From Pseudomonadota bacterium (GTDB lineage: Bacteria; Bdellovibrionota; Bdellovibrionia; Bdellovibrionales; Bdellovibrionaceae), in the NCBI GenBank assembly GCA_041178425.1, contig JBEGVH010000016.1:1-64000 (forward strand): a DNA stretch of 64,000 nucleotides, in the 5' to 3' direction. Of this stretch, positions 1 to 10,801 are shown piece after piece (positions within the stretch are counted from its first letter, which is position 1; each line of letters starts with the position of its first letter). Below the pieces are notes generated by a model, which saw only the letters and a program-made list of their open reading frames with translations, did not search any database and was not told where the DNA came from. The position numbers and the translations under genes were made by a program.

Positions 1-1
1 C

Positions 2-2020
2 ATTATTCCTGCGCCGAGGCTAACTTCTGCCCTAGACCTACATGCCGTGAACTTCACCAATCCCAACATTCTTCCTGATCTAATGAATAAACTCAAAGAC
101 TTCTACCTCAAAAAGGGGCATGCAAGGGTGGAAGTGAAAGGTGAAGAAAAGATCATCCAACCAAATATGGCATCGACTCTTCTTTTTCAAATAAAAGAGG
201 GACCAAGTGTAAAGATTGAAAAAATAGAAATACAAGGAAACCTAAGCCAATCTCAAGAGTTCTATAGCGAATTTCTGATTGATCACAGTGGTCCGACGAT
301 CGGAAGAAAGCTTTTTCACAGAAATGATTTTGAACAGGGCCTCAAAAATCTCATCATTGAACTTCAGAATTCAGGTTATTTGAAGGCCAAACTTATTTCT
401 TCACGATACCTGTACAATAAAAATAAAGATAAAATTACAATCTCGGTCAACCTGGATGACGGTCCGCTTACCCGTATCAATTCAATTTCTTTTGTAGGGT
501 TAAAACAACTAAACGAACAGAAGCTTCTAGAAAACTTTAATCTCTCTCCAGGTGAAGCGCTTCAAATGGCGAAACTCGAACAGGGAATTCAGCAACTTAA
601 AACTTACTGCCAAGAAAGTGGTTTTCTTGAGTTTCGTATTCTCAATGAAAAAGATAATCTCGTAAAATATAATACCGACAATACGGAGGCGGAGCTCAAC
701 TTGATTGTCGAAGAAGGCCCTCTTGTTAAAGTTGGATCTATTCTCATTGATGGTAATATCCTCACTAAAGAATTCGTGATTCGAAAAGAAGTCGACTTTA
801 AGGAAGGCGATATTCTTACTCCATCGAAAATCGAAGAGTCTACCCGACGACTACAGAAATTGAGTATTTTTAATTCAGTAGAAATTAAAACACTCGAACA
901 AAAAACCCAAATATCAGATCGAACAGTGATTATAAAGGTGTCCGAAAGGCCGCCGGGGCTTTTCAATCTTGGGGTCGGGTTTACCAACGAGCGCACATTT
1001 ACACTTCGAGGATTTACGGGAATTGCCTATCGAAACCTAAAAGGAACGGGCCGCGCGGTTTCCTCTCGCGCAGAAATAAATTATAATGTGGCCGACATCC
1101 AGTTTCCAGAAATGAAACTTATGGCAGGATATCTCGAGCCCTATCTTTTTAACTCCCGAACAAAAGGACGCGCTAATTTTACTCGAGCGATACAGGTGAT
1201 CGATTTTGATAAACGTACGGGTATTGATAGTTATCAACTCGACTTACTATTAGAACAAAACATTACTTCCCATGTTTTGTTTACTTATGATTTATGGAAT
1301 ATCTCACAACTTCGTGACTTTAAAATTGAAAAAGATGTTGCTGTTTCGAGACTCGGAGTAACTCAAACCATTCTCAATCTTGCCTCCACGGGTCCGCTTT
1401 TGGAAATTGACTATCGAGATCACCCTTTCAATCCAACAAAAGGAACATTGACCCGATTTCAGCTTGAATATTCTAATCCCTTTTTAGGTAATACCCGCTC
1501 CATCGAATATTTAAAAACCACTGGCGGCCTCACTCACTATTTGCCAATAAGAGCGCCTAATCCTATCGTTTTTGCCAATTCCCTGCGCGTAGGCGATTTG
1601 ATGAATCTGAGCGGTAAAGATGGGGTGCCTTATGATAAAAAGGGTTTTGTCTTAGGTGGTATTTCAACAATTCGTGGTTTTGAAGCTGGAACTAGCGAGC
1701 GATTTCCAAACGATATTGATTTAGGAATCTCTAATGATGAAGTTTACCTTTTGAAAAACCGAGCACAATACTTTCTCATTAAATCTGAAATGCGCTTCCC
1801 AATCTGGGGATCGGTAGGTGGGGCCCTTTTCTACGATGGCGGCCTAGTAAAAGTTGATTCACTTAAGTTTCAAGATCCCTACAGGGATGCCGCCGGTTTT
1901 GGACTCAGGTACGCAACTCCCGTGGGCCCAGCAAACATTGAATTTGCTTGGAAACTTGACCCCAAGCGTGATAGGGGTGAAAGCCCGTTCCGATTACACA
2001 TCTCTATTGGAACTTTTTAA
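2..2020 (+). CDS. Omp85/BamA-TamA family outer-membrane protein (5'-truncated by the window edge)
   Basis: Frame is open from base 2. POTRA-like repeats (VKVGSILIDGNILTKEFVIRKE), barrel loop motif IRGF, and C-terminal beta-signal (HISIGTF). Confidence 0.9.
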   Translation: MIPAPRLTSALDLHAVNFTNPNILPDLMNKLKDFYLKKGHARVEVKGEEKIIQPNMASTLLFQIKEGPSVKIEKIEIQGNLSQSQEFYSEFLIDHSGPTIGRKLFHRNDFEQGLKNLIIELQNSGYLKAKLISSRYLYNKNKDKITISVNLDDGPLTRINSISFVGLKQLNEQKLLENFNLSPGEALQMAKLEQGIQQLKTYCQESGFLEFRILNEKDNLVKYNTDNTEAELNLIVEEGPLVKVGSILIDGNILTKEFVIRKEVDFKEGDILTPSKIEESTRRLQKLSIFNSVEIKTLEQKTQISDRTVIIKVSERPPGLFNLGVGFTNERTFTLRGFTGIAYRNLKGTGRAVSSRAEINYNVADIQFPEMKLMAGYLEPYLFNSRTKGRANFTRAIQVIDFDKRTGIDSYQLDLLLEQNITSHVLFTYDLWNISQLRDFKIEKDVAVSRLGVTQTILNLASTGPLLEIDYRDHPFNPTKGTLTRFQLEYSNPFLGNTRSIEYLKTTGGLTHYLPIRAPNPIVFANSLRVGDLMNLSGKDGVPYDKKGFVLGGISTIRGFEAGTSERFPNDIDLGISNDEVYLLKNRAQYFLIKSEMRFPIWGSVGGALFYDGGLVKVDSLKFQDPYRDAAGFGLRYATPVGPANIEFAWKLDPKRDRGESPFRLHISIGTF

Positions 2021-2042
2021 AAAGAAGCCTCTAGGGATGGCC

Positions 2043-2249
2043 TTATGCCGCCTTTTTTTCCTCGTTCGTGACCTCTTCCTGGGTTGAAGCCGATTCAGAG
2101 GCTTTCACCTCTTCAGACTTGCCGCCCTGGATGACCTCTAGCTTTAATTGCTTTCTGAGTTCAGCTATGCATTCCTGATCTCGTTCATAAAAGTAGGCTT
2201 CCTCTCGATCGTAACCCACTGCCTGTATATTTCTGCGAATCGTATTCAT
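2043..2249 (-). CDS. Small charged hypothetical protein (68 aa) with an IF1-like REEAYFYERDQE..L motif
   Basis: SD AAGGAG precedes the ATG at 2249. The longer ORF-track start has no SD. Confidence 0.55.
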   Translation of the reverse strand: MNTIRRNIQAVGYDREEAYFYERDQECIAELRKQLKLEVIQGGKSEEVKASESASTQEEVTNEEKKAA

Positions 2250-2694
2250 CAACCCTATCTCCTTTTTACGTTCAGCTTTACGTTCGTCTTTTGCTACCCA
2301 CCCCTTGACTTCGACCTTCAAGACTAAAGTAGGCACTCGACCAGAATAAGCTGAAAACTAAAAGTCCCAAATGCTAAATCTGAAAAAACTGGTGGTAACT
2401 GGTTAATTTGAATCTGGCGAATTTGGATGTACACCTTTGAAACGTGACGCTCGAACCAAGGGACAATCTATCACAGAGAGTCACGCAAAATGTCATTTCG
2501 AGACAACTCGAAGAATTTAACTTTTGAGGGTTTAAGATGATTACGAAGTGTATTTGTCACGTTGCTTCAACGATCTCTTATGATGAATTTTGCTCAAGGC
2601 TCTCCCCTGAAAAAGGTGAATTTTCCAATGGACTTATTGGCAACTTCGTAACAGAGTGTCACCCATACAAAAAGCACCTAACAAAGGAAGATCT

Positions 2695-4203
2695 ATGCAA
2701 AAGCATCTTGTTCGCGTTTATCCTTCTAAAGAAAAAATCGAAAGAAAAGATCAACTCGCTTGGAAAATGGCTGAAGTTGCAACCGACAATACGCCAATTA
2801 AAGACGATGTGGTTGATATGGTGATCAATCGGATTATCGATAATGCCTCCGTTGCAATTGCGGCCGCTAACCGTCGACCCGTAGCAAGTGCAAGAGCTCA
2901 AGCTCTCGCACACCCGAGAGAAGGTGGTGCAACCGTTTTTGGAATGCCTAACAATCAAAAATTTTCAGCTGAGTGGGCAGCGTGGGCCAACGGCACTGCG
3001 GTTCGTGAGCTTGACTACCACGACACCTTTCTCGCTGCTGATTACAGCCACCCTGGCGATAACATCCCAGCTGTTCTTGCTGTTGCACAACAAAAAGGAA
3101 TTAATGGCCAACAACTGCTCAAGGGAATCCTTACGGGTTATGAGTTACACGTAAATCTCGTTAAAGGGATCTGTCTTCATAAACACAAAAAAGATCATAT
3201 TGCTCACTTGTGTCCCGCTCAAGCCGCAGGGATTGGTACACTTCTCGGCCTTTCAACGGAAACTATTTTTCAATCTATCCAACAGGCGGTTCATGTTTCC
3301 TTCACAACTCGCCAATCGCGAAAAGGCGAAATTTCTAGCTGGAAGGCCTATGCGCCTGCCCATGCTGGAAAACTTGCCATCGAGGCTGTTGATCGTTGCA
3401 TGCGCGGCGAAGGTGCCCCATCACCTATTTACGAAGGTGAAGATTCTGTCATTGCCTATATGCTCGATGGCAAAGATGGAAAATATGAAGTTCCACTCCC
3501 CGAAAAAGGTGAAGAGAAAAGGGCTATTCTGGAAACCTACACCAAAGAGCACTCTGCGGAATACCAATCACAAGCTTTGATCGATCTCGCTCGTAAAATG
3601 AAAACGAAAATTTCGAACTTTGATGATATCAAAGAAGTTATTATTCATACTTCCCATCATACGCATTACGTGATTGGAACGGGCTCTGGCGATCCACAAA
3701 AGATGGATCCAAAGGCCTCTCGTGAAACACTTGATCACTCGATCATGTATATCTTTGCTGTCGCACTTCAGGATGGAACTTGGCACCACGTTGATTCTTA
3801 TGCTCCTGAGAGAGCTCAGCGTGCCGATACCGTTCGTTTATGGCATAAAATTAAAACTGTTGAAGATGCGAAATGGACTGAGGCCTATCACGATCAAGAT
3901 CCAAACAAAAAAAGATTTGGTGGCCGCGTAGAAATCGTTTTCAATAATGGCGAAAAACTCATCGACGAACTAGGCGTTGCCGATGCTCACCCTGCGGGAG
4001 CACGTCCGTTCAAACGCGCTGACTATATTCGTAAATTCGAAACCCTCACGAAGGGCATTATTACGCCCGAGGAAAGCCAGCGATTTTTGAATCTCGTTCA
4101 GAGACTTCCTGAATTGTCGGCCGCAGAAGTTCAACAACTGAACGTCCAAATTCCTGTTGATAAACTGACCAACAACAAACGTGATGATAAAGGGATATTT
4201 TAA
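2695..4203 (+). CDS. prpD: 2-methylcitrate dehydratase (MmgE/PrpD family)
   Basis: Motifs [23 protein letters not shown] and ETLDHS. AAGGAAG SD before ATG 2695. In an operon with prpB and prpC. Confidence 0.93.
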   Translation: MQKHLVRVYPSKEKIERKDQLAWKMAEVATDNTPIKDDVVDMVINRIIDNASVAIAAANRRPVASARAQALAHPREGGATVFGMPNNQKFSAEWAAWANGTAVRELDYHDTFLAADYSHPGDNIPAVLAVAQQKGINGQQLLKGILTGYELHVNLVKGICLHKHKKDHIAHLCPAQAAGIGTLLGLSTETIFQSIQQAVHVSFTTRQSRKGEISSWKAYAPAHAGKLAIEAVDRCMRGEGAPSPIYEGEDSVIAYMLDGKDGKYEVPLPEKGEEKRAILETYTKEHSAEYQSQALIDLARKMKTKISNFDDIKEVIIHTSHHTHYVIGTGSGDPQKMDPKASRETLDHSIMYIFAVALQDGTWHHVDSYAPERAQRADTVRLWHKIKTVEDAKWTEAYHDQDPNKKRFGGRVEIVFNNGEKLIDELGVADAHPAGARPFKRADYIRKFETLTKGIITPEESQRFLNLVQRLPELSAAEVQQLNVQIPVDKLTNNKRDDKGIF

Positions 4204-5102
4204 TGTTGTTCCAAAAGACAACTCCCACCGAAAAAAGAGCGGCTTTTAGAGCCGCTCTTAAAACAGGTAAGCTCCTTCGCTTTCCTGGAGCTTTTTCTCC
4301 TCTAGTTTCACTTCTCATTGAAGAACTGGGATTTGATGGAGTGTATATATCTGGTGCCGTTTTAGCCAATGACCTTGGTTACCCAGATATTGGCTTAACC
4401 ACATTGAGTGAAGTCGCTGGCCGCGGACGACAAATTGCCCGAGTCACAAAACTGCCTTCTATCATCGATATCGACACTGGATTTGGTGAGCCTATGAATG
4501 TGGCACGAACAATCCAAGAACTCACCGAGCTTGGTTTAGCAGGCTGCCATCTCGAAGATCAACAAAACCCAAAGCGTTGTGGTCACCTCGACGGCAAGTC
4601 ACTAGTAGACAGTTCTGAAATGATCAAAAAGATTCGTGCAGCCTCAGATGCGAAAACAGATCAGAATTTTTTACTGATCGCTCGAACAGATGCTCGTGCA
4701 AGTGAGGGACTCGAAAAAGCTATCGACAGAGCAAAAGCCTACGTCGATGCGGGTGCTGAAATGATTTTTCCAGAAGCTCTACAAAATGAAAAAGAATTTG
4801 AGGCTTTCAGAAAAGCAGTGGCTGTCCCCCTTTTAGCGAACATGACGGAGTTTGGTAAATCGAATCTTCTGAATGCGACGCAATTGTCGAATTTAGGCTA
4901 CAATATGGTTATCTACCCAGTGACGAGCCTACGAATCGCCATGGGCGCTGTTGAGAGTGGCTTTAAAGAAATTCTCGAAAAAGGGTCTCAAGAGTCACTT
5001 TTAGATAAAATGCAGCATCGTCAAAGACTTTACGAACTTGTAAAGTATGCCGAATACAATCACTTTGATCAGAGTATTTATAACTTTAAACTGCAAAAAT
5101 AG
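4203..5102 (+). CDS. prpB: 2-methylisocitrate lyase
   Basis: KRCGH active-site motif, DIDTGFG, ARTDA and LANMTEFG. TAATG overlap with prpD. Confidence 0.95.
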   Translation: MLFQKTTPTEKRAAFRAALKTGKLLRFPGAFSPLVSLLIEELGFDGVYISGAVLANDLGYPDIGLTTLSEVAGRGRQIARVTKLPSIIDIDTGFGEPMNVARTIQELTELGLAGCHLEDQQNPKRCGHLDGKSLVDSSEMIKKIRAASDAKTDQNFLLIARTDARASEGLEKAIDRAKAYVDAGAEMIFPEALQNEKEFEAFRKAVAVPLLANMTEFGKSNLLNATQLSNLGYNMVIYPVTSLRIAMGAVESGFKEILEKGSQESLLDKMQHRQRLYELVKYAEYNHFDQSIYNFKLQK

Positions 5103-5110
5103 GAGAGGTC

Positions 5111-6280
5111 ATGAGCAACAACTACATCAATCCTGACTACGTTCCAGAACCAGAAAAAATGAATGTCAAAAAAGGTCTCGAAGGGGCCGTCATCGACACA
5201 TCGAGTGTGTCTAAAGTGAATCCTGACACCAACTCTCTTATCTACAGAGGCTATCCGGTTCAGGATCTTGCTGAAAATTGCCGATTTGAAGAGGTTGCCT
5301 ACCTCATGTACAAGGGAGAGCTACCAAACGAACAACAATTAAAAGAATTTGAAAATCTCGAGAGAGGCTACCGCTCTCTTTCGGAAGACAACCTCAAGGT
5401 CATCAAGCTTCTTCCAAAGGCTTGTCACCCTATGGACTCAATTCGTACCGGCGTCAGTTTTCTAGGTTGCGAAGACACACGAACCTGGGCCAATGATCCT
5501 GCGACTAATTTCGATAAAGCGGTTCGCCTGTTGGCAAAAATTCCACTTATGGTGGCAGCCGACTACCGTTTTAAAAAGGGTCTTGAATATATCGCTCCCC
5601 AAAAAGAACTCAGTCTTTCTGAAAACTTTTTCAATATGTGCTTTGGTAAAATTCCAGACGCTAAAATTGTAAAAGCATTTGATGTTTCTTTGATCCTCTA
5701 TGCTGAACATAGCTTTAATGCCTCAACTTTTACGAGCCGAGTGGTGACTTCAACTGAGTCGGATATCTACAGCGCAACCGTTGCTGGTATCGGAGCACTG
5801 AAGGGTCCGTTGCATGGTGGCGCCAATGAGCAAGTGATGCACATGATGAAAGAAATTAATGATCCTACCATTGCTCGGGATTGGATGCTCAACGCTCTCG
5901 CTCAAAAGAAAAAAGTGATGGGCTTTGGTCATCGCGTTTACAAGTGTGGAGACTCTCGAGTTCCAACTATGAAAAAGTACGCTCAAGTGATGGCCGACGT
6001 TACTGGGCAACAAAAGTGGATGCAGATCTACGAAGCTCTTGAGCAAACCATGATTGAGAAGAAAAAGATCTATCCAAATCTCGATTTCCCAGCAGGTCCA
6101 GCATATTACATGATGGGATTCGAGATTGACTTCTTTACCCCGATCTTTGTCATGGCGAGAACGACCGGTTGGTCTGCGCACATCATGGAACAAGCGGCAA
6201 ATAACCGCATTATCAGGCCTTTAAGCGAGTACATTGGCGCACCACAGAGGACAGTCGTACCTCTTGCCCAAAGAAAGTAA
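5111..6280 (+). CDS. prpC: 2-methylcitrate synthase
   Basis: Citrate-synthase motifs EHSFNAST, GPLHGGA, GFGHRVY and PNLDF. Sits in the prp operon. Confidence 0.92.
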   Translation: MSNNYINPDYVPEPEKMNVKKGLEGAVIDTSSVSKVNPDTNSLIYRGYPVQDLAENCRFEEVAYLMYKGELPNEQQLKEFENLERGYRSLSEDNLKVIKLLPKACHPMDSIRTGVSFLGCEDTRTWANDPATNFDKAVRLLAKIPLMVAADYRFKKGLEYIAPQKELSLSENFFNMCFGKIPDAKIVKAFDVSLILYAEHSFNASTFTSRVVTSTESDIYSATVAGIGALKGPLHGGANEQVMHMMKEINDPTIARDWMLNALAQKKKVMGFGHRVYKCGDSRVPTMKKYAQVMADVTGQQKWMQIYEALEQTMIEKKKIYPNLDFPAGPAYYMMGFEIDFFTPIFVMARTTGWSAHIMEQAANNRIIRPLSEYIGAPQRTVVPLAQRK

Positions 6281-6316
6281 CTTTAAAAATTGAGGGCTCC
6301 CTGCTAAAATCTAAGC

Positions 6317-6940
6317 ATGAACCACAAGCGAAGAAAATTAGCTATTACTGGGGGCCCTTCGGGCGGCAAAACAACTCTTATTGAAAATCTACAAAGAGAT
6401 TTAGGCCCGGCAATTGCTGTAGCGCCTGAGGCTGCTTCTATTCTCTATAGGGGTGGTTTTCCTCGGCGAAAAGGGGTTGAACGCCAAAAGCATATTCAAC
6501 GTGCTATTTATTATACACAATTCGAACTCGAGGCGCTGGTTCAAGATGAATACCCCCAAAAACTAATTATCTGTGATCGTGGAAGTCTCGACAGTCTTGC
6601 CTACTGGCCTGATGACGGCACAAATTTTTTTGAAACTGTTGATTCAACGATAGAATCAGAAATCGCAAGATACGATTGGGTTCTTCACTTAGACACCGCA
6701 CCTGAATCAAACTATGACTCTGAAAATCCCATTCGCACTGAGACCTATGCTGAAGCGCAAAAGTTAAATGATCGAATATTAGAGGCTTGGGCCGCCCATC
6801 CCCAACGATGGATCATCCACCATCAAATGGATTTTTTCACTAAGATGAGTCTCTGCATGAAAATCATTAAGATGCTTCTGCAAAATAAAAGCTACAACGA
6901 AATCGAAAATAGCATCGGCCGTTTTGAAGAAGGCGCCTAA
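6317..6940 (+). CDS. P-loop NTPase, AAA_28 (NadR/Ttd14-like) family
   Basis: Walker A GGPSGGKTT plus PEAA and CDRG motifs. Confidence 0.75.
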   Translation: MNHKRRKLAITGGPSGGKTTLIENLQRDLGPAIAVAPEAASILYRGGFPRRKGVERQKHIQRAIYYTQFELEALVQDEYPQKLIICDRGSLDSLAYWPDDGTNFFETVDSTIESEIARYDWVLHLDTAPESNYDSENPIRTETYAEAQKLNDRILEAWAAHPQRWIIHHQMDFFTKMSLCMKIIKMLLQNKSYNEIENSIGRFEEGA

Positions 6941-6986
6941 ATCACCGAATAAATATAGGACGGCTTTCGCCAATCATAAGGTGAAC

Positions 6987-8933
6987 CTAGGATTTCTTAA
7001 ACAAACTCCCAATCACCTGCCCAAGATCACCGTGCAAAAGATCTTGCTTCTTGGGAGCGGTGTCTACCACTGGCATACCTTTAGCGTTGAGCTCTCTTCG
7101 CGCTTCGATAAGATTTTTGTCGATGGCCAAGGCACTTTCAAAAAACTTTTTCGCGACCGCCGTTTCGCCCTTACCTTTGGCTAATAGCCCCTGAATAAAG
7201 TTTCCCATCGCCGACAACTTTTCCTCGGACGGGACTCTCGCCATCATTTGATCTATCTCACTAAGCTCCTTGAGCTTGTTCTTGGAATTTACTAGGAGTC
7301 CAATTCGAGCCCAAATTGAATAAAGCAGCAAAAAATCTAATTTCGGAAAGAGTTCGTTTGCACGATTGAGGGCCACCATAGCTTGAGGGTATTGCTTCAT
7401 CGATAATAATTTTTTAGCTTCTTCGGCTTTTGCCTGAGCCTCTGTTCTTTGCGAAACTTTACCCGTCTCCAACTCTCGTTCGTACTGAGCTAACGCCTCT
7501 GGATCGAGATACAATTCATACGATGAATTCACTTTTTCACGGACACTCTCATACACAATTTTATAGGCTTCATTTGCCGACGGATGGGGAGTCGCGCCAA
7601 GGTGGCGCTGCATGAACTCTCCATAGGTAGCATGAATTTCTCTGGCATCCATATCTTTACGGCCGCCGATCATCTGAAAGACTTCTAGCAAATTGAGGTC
7701 TCTCATCTGCGACCATATTTTTTGCAGTCGAGCCGTTCGCTCGCCCTCTGACATCAATTGTGCTTTTTCTCCAAAAACAATAAACCTCATACAAAGTAAA
7801 TAATAAATGGCGCGATTAAACTCCGTCATAGCCTGGTAGTATTTATGGTTGATTTGCGATAATGCACCACCCGCCTCGATCACCGAAATCAAATCTTTGA
7901 GGTTCTGTATGGATTGCACCTGATATTCGCGTCGATTTCGATCATGACCAGGCCCCAATCGCACAACATAATCCTGCCAGGTCACAAAATGTTGATTGAG
8001 CCAATCTCCCGAGACCTTGGCATTGATCCACTCATCCAAAAAATGGTAAAAAGATTCTGGTTCAATAGATGCTTCCGCCTCAAGGACTTCGCGCTCTTCA
8101 AAATTCACGACGTAATGACCATCTTGAATTAGGCGCTCCAAGCGCAAAGATAATTGCTGCTCGAGTGCTTCATTGATAGCATGCGGAGAAATGAAGTTGA
8201 GGTTAACAAGACGCTGTCCAATTTTGTGTTCAGGAGGTTGCTGAAGGGCAAACTCGAGATCTTCGGGCAAGACCCATCCTCCTGCAACCAAGATTTTCCC
8301 TATGAAATTCTGGGTGTCGGGACTTTCAACACCTACGATTGAACCGTGGTTAAAAAATACTTTGCTCTTTTCATCTCGCTCGCTCAAAAAGTGTATTACT
8401 CCAGTATACGAACTTGCTGTCGCAGCCGACAGGAGGAGCGGGAGCTCATAGCCGTGAATACGATCGATCTCTTTAAAAATATCGGCTGCTCGCGATGGAT
8501 TTGCACCCACCTTGTCAGGAAGTGAAAAGTGACTTCGCGCGAGACTCTCATCATTAACCGTCGCCGACTCTTTTTCGAGAAACTTAAGAACCTCATTGAT
8601 TTCGAAAGGTTTCTTTAGAAAATCGACAGCTGCGACCTCTTGGCTAATTTCTTTCATCATTTGTTTGTCTGTGAAGATTCCACTCATCATCACAATGGGC
8701 AAAATTTTCGAATCGAAATTTTTTCGAATATTCCTAGCGAGATCAACACCTGGAGTCTGGGGGAGTAGGCAGTCGATAAAAACTAATTTAAACGAATCTT
8801 TATCTAATGCTGCAATAGCATCTTCAGGCCTCTGGCAAACGAGTGAAGCATAACCGGCTTTTTTTACGGCTCCAGCTAAGGCATTTGCAAGAATGGCATC
8901 ATCTTCAACAATTAAAACTTTTTTTGCACCCAT
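6987..8933 (-). CDS. Multidomain response regulator: receiver + DUF4388-like region + degenerate J-like domain + TPRs
   Basis: Receiver motifs VEDD, IDCLLP and KPF. Central IGKILV/IGQRLV repeats, J-like helices, and TPR-like C-terminus. Confidence 0.75.
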   Translation of the reverse strand: MGAKKVLIVEDDAILANALAGAVKKAGYASLVCQRPEDAIAALDKDSFKLVFIDCLLPQTPGVDLARNIRKNFDSKILPIVMMSGIFTDKQMMKEISQEVAAVDFLKKPFEINEVLKFLEKESATVNDESLARSHFSLPDKVGANPSRAADIFKEIDRIHGYELPLLLSAATASSYTGVIHFLSERDEKSKVFFNHGSIVGVESPDTQNFIGKILVAGGWVLPEDLEFALQQPPEHKIGQRLVNLNFISPHAINEALEQQLSLRLERLIQDGHYVVNFEEREVLEAEASIEPESFYHFLDEWINAKVSGDWLNQHFVTWQDYVVRLGPGHDRNRREYQVQSIQNLKDLISVIEAGGALSQINHKYYQAMTEFNRAIYYLLCMRFIVFGEKAQLMSEGERTARLQKIWSQMRDLNLLEVFQMIGGRKDMDAREIHATYGEFMQRHLGATPHPSANEAYKIVYESVREKVNSSYELYLDPEALAQYERELETGKVSQRTEAQAKAEEAKKLLSMKQYPQAMVALNRANELFPKLDFLLLYSIWARIGLLVNSKNKLKELSEIDQMMARVPSEEKLSAMGNFIQGLLAKGKGETAVAKKFFESALAIDKNLIEARRELNAKGMPVVDTAPKKQDLLHGDLGQVIGSLFKKS

Positions 8934-8939
8934 GCCTCT

Positions 8940-8967
8940 CTATCGGCAAAAACCAAACTATTCTTGA
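8940..8967 (-). promoter_or_regulatory. Putative sigma28 (FliA) promoter
   Basis: Minus strand TCAAG-N15-GCCGATAG, ending 6 nt before the ATG at 8933. Confidence 0.5.
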
Positions 8968-9851
8968 ATCAATTTACTCCCTTGCGAGGCTTCCGACAGA
9001 TTGACCAAACACACAAAATCAGCACGAGGCCCCCAACCTTTGTGGGGTAACACGGCCTCTTGAATCTCATCGCCGGATAAACCACCGATATCCACAAAAC
9101 TAACAACCTTTATAGGAATACCAGACTCCCTTAGAGACAATTGGTAAGGTAACCCTCCCCCATATTGAACGTGAAACTCACCAACGATCACGACTTTCGT
9201 ATGAGACGTTGTGTGCAAATTTAAAGTCCACGCCATGGTGTCGTCCCAAACACTCTGGGCCTGAAAGTAGCGTTGAAGAGCCTCTTCTTTAACATGCCCC
9301 CCCATAAGGGTGCGAAACCTTTCAAAATACTCAATCCGACCCAAGGTGAGATTGGGAGGCAAAAGGGAACGTTCCTCTTCATTGAGCCCCTCAAGTCCTC
9401 TTTTTGAAACGGCTCCCGTGAGACTTCTTGGTGCATTAATGGCTAGAGTTCTCTCGCCCCTCTTATAATCTGGAAAAAGTGCCTGGGCGCGGTAAAAACC
9501 AAAATCAGTACCCTTGCCCCAACCGATCAACCCCAAAAAGTCGCTCTCAGAAAGCTCACCACGCCTAAAGCGATCTACTTCGTTTTGGTGAGGGTAAGAA
9601 AAAAACTCAAAGCCGACATCAATCGAATGCCCCTGGGAACGGAGTTCCCGGAGAATGGCCAATTGCCCCTCGGCAACAGCTTGAAATCCATGAAGTTCAC
9701 CTAAAAACAAGGTTGTGCCGGGTTTTATGGTCGAGACTAACTGCTCCAGTGACACTAATTCTCCCGTCTCTCCCCTGCGGCAATTCCCAAAAGCCGGTAA
9801 AAACGAGCCCAATGTCACGGCTAACCCAAAAAAAATGGCATATACCTGCAT
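8958..9851 (-). CDS. ChaN-like (haem-binding/iron-regulated) exported protein
   Basis: Motifs LGELH, GFEFF, AQSVWDDTMA and GEFHV..GGGLP, with an N-terminal signal peptide. Confidence 0.8.
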   Translation of the reverse strand: MQVYAIFFGLAVTLGSFLPAFGNCRRGETGELVSLEQLVSTIKPGTTLFLGELHGFQAVAEGQLAILRELRSQGHSIDVGFEFFSYPHQNEVDRFRRGELSESDFLGLIGWGKGTDFGFYRAQALFPDYKRGERTLAINAPRSLTGAVSKRGLEGLNEEERSLLPPNLTLGRIEYFERFRTLMGGHVKEEALQRYFQAQSVWDDTMAWTLNLHTTSHTKVVIVGEFHVQYGGGLPYQLSLRESGIPIKVVSFVDIGGLSGDEIQEAVLPHKGWGPRADFVCLVNLSEASQGSKLIQE

Positions 9852-10024
9852 ATTTCCCCCATTTGGATATTGATGTTCTCCGCCGACTTTGCTAGTTTCT
9901 GGCGTTCGTTACGCGGAGTAACACTAGAGATTAAAAATCAAAGTGTAAGTCTTAAGTAAAGGTTTTATTTTAAGATCCTTTACGGTATACGGCTCTACCA
10001 ACTTTGATGATTTGAGGAGTTTTT

Positions 10025-10204
10025 ATGGCAAAAAAATCAGGCCGTATCATTGTAACTTTGGAATGTACTGAAGCTCGCGCTGCAGGAGTTTCACCATCTC
10101 GCTACACTACAACTAAGAATAAAGCGAAAACTCCAGGTCGTATGGAGAAAAAGAAATACAATCCGTTCATGAAGAAACACACTCTTCACAGAGAAACTAA
10201 GTAA
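10025..10204 (+). CDS. rpmG: 50S ribosomal protein L33 (absent from the ORF track)
   Basis: Translates to [67 protein letters not shown] upstream. Confidence 0.95.
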   Translation: MAKKSGRIIVTLECTEARAAGVSPSRYTTTKNKAKTPGRMEKKKYNPFMKKHTLHRETK

Positions 10205-10208
10205 TTTT

Positions 10209-10745
10209 ATGATCTTAGCGGATTCCCAGATCCTCGAGGCCATGACTAAAGGGCTTATTAAAGTTGAGCCCTTCCGTCCCGAGTGTCTGGGAAGCAATAG
10301 CTACGACGTCCATCTCGGTCCGATTTTAGGAACCTACCGAGATAAAGTGCTTGATGCAAAAAAGCACAACGCGATTACTTTGTTTACTATTCCGCCAGAG
10401 GGTTATGTACTTCAACCCGATGAGCTTTATCTAGGTGTAACACTCGAGTACACCGAAACTCATGCGCACGTACCGTTTCTTGAAGGCAAATCATCCGTAG
10501 GACGCCTAGGGATCGATATTCATGCCACTGCCGGAAAGGGAGACGTTGGTTTTTGCAACTATTGGACTCTTGAAATTTCAGTTAAAAAGCCCGTTCGTGT
10601 TTATACGGGAATGCCAATCGGACAGCTGATTTATTTTGAAGTTCAGGGCACAGTGAAAACATCTTACAATGTCAAAGGTTCGGCTAAGTACAATGCGGTA
10701 GCCCCACAACCTGTTGAATCAATGATGTGGAAAAATCAGTTCTAG
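10209..10745 (+). CDS. dcd: dCTP deaminase
   Basis: Motifs SYDVHLG, EGKSSVGRLG, GDVGF.N.WTLEI and IGQL. Confidence 0.92.
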   Translation: MILADSQILEAMTKGLIKVEPFRPECLGSNSYDVHLGPILGTYRDKVLDAKKHNAITLFTIPPEGYVLQPDELYLGVTLEYTETHAHVPFLEGKSSVGRLGIDIHATAGKGDVGFCNYWTLEISVKKPVRVYTGMPIGQLIYFEVQGTVKTSYNVKGSAKYNAVAPQPVESMMWKNQF

Positions 10746-10801
10746 ACCTTCTTATTTAATAGGTCTCACGAAGCAGTGTCTTCACCTTTACATTTAAAGA
10801 C

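Noticed and set aside
10091..10297. 68-aa minus-strand ORF
   Set aside because: Antisense shadow of rpmG and dcd.
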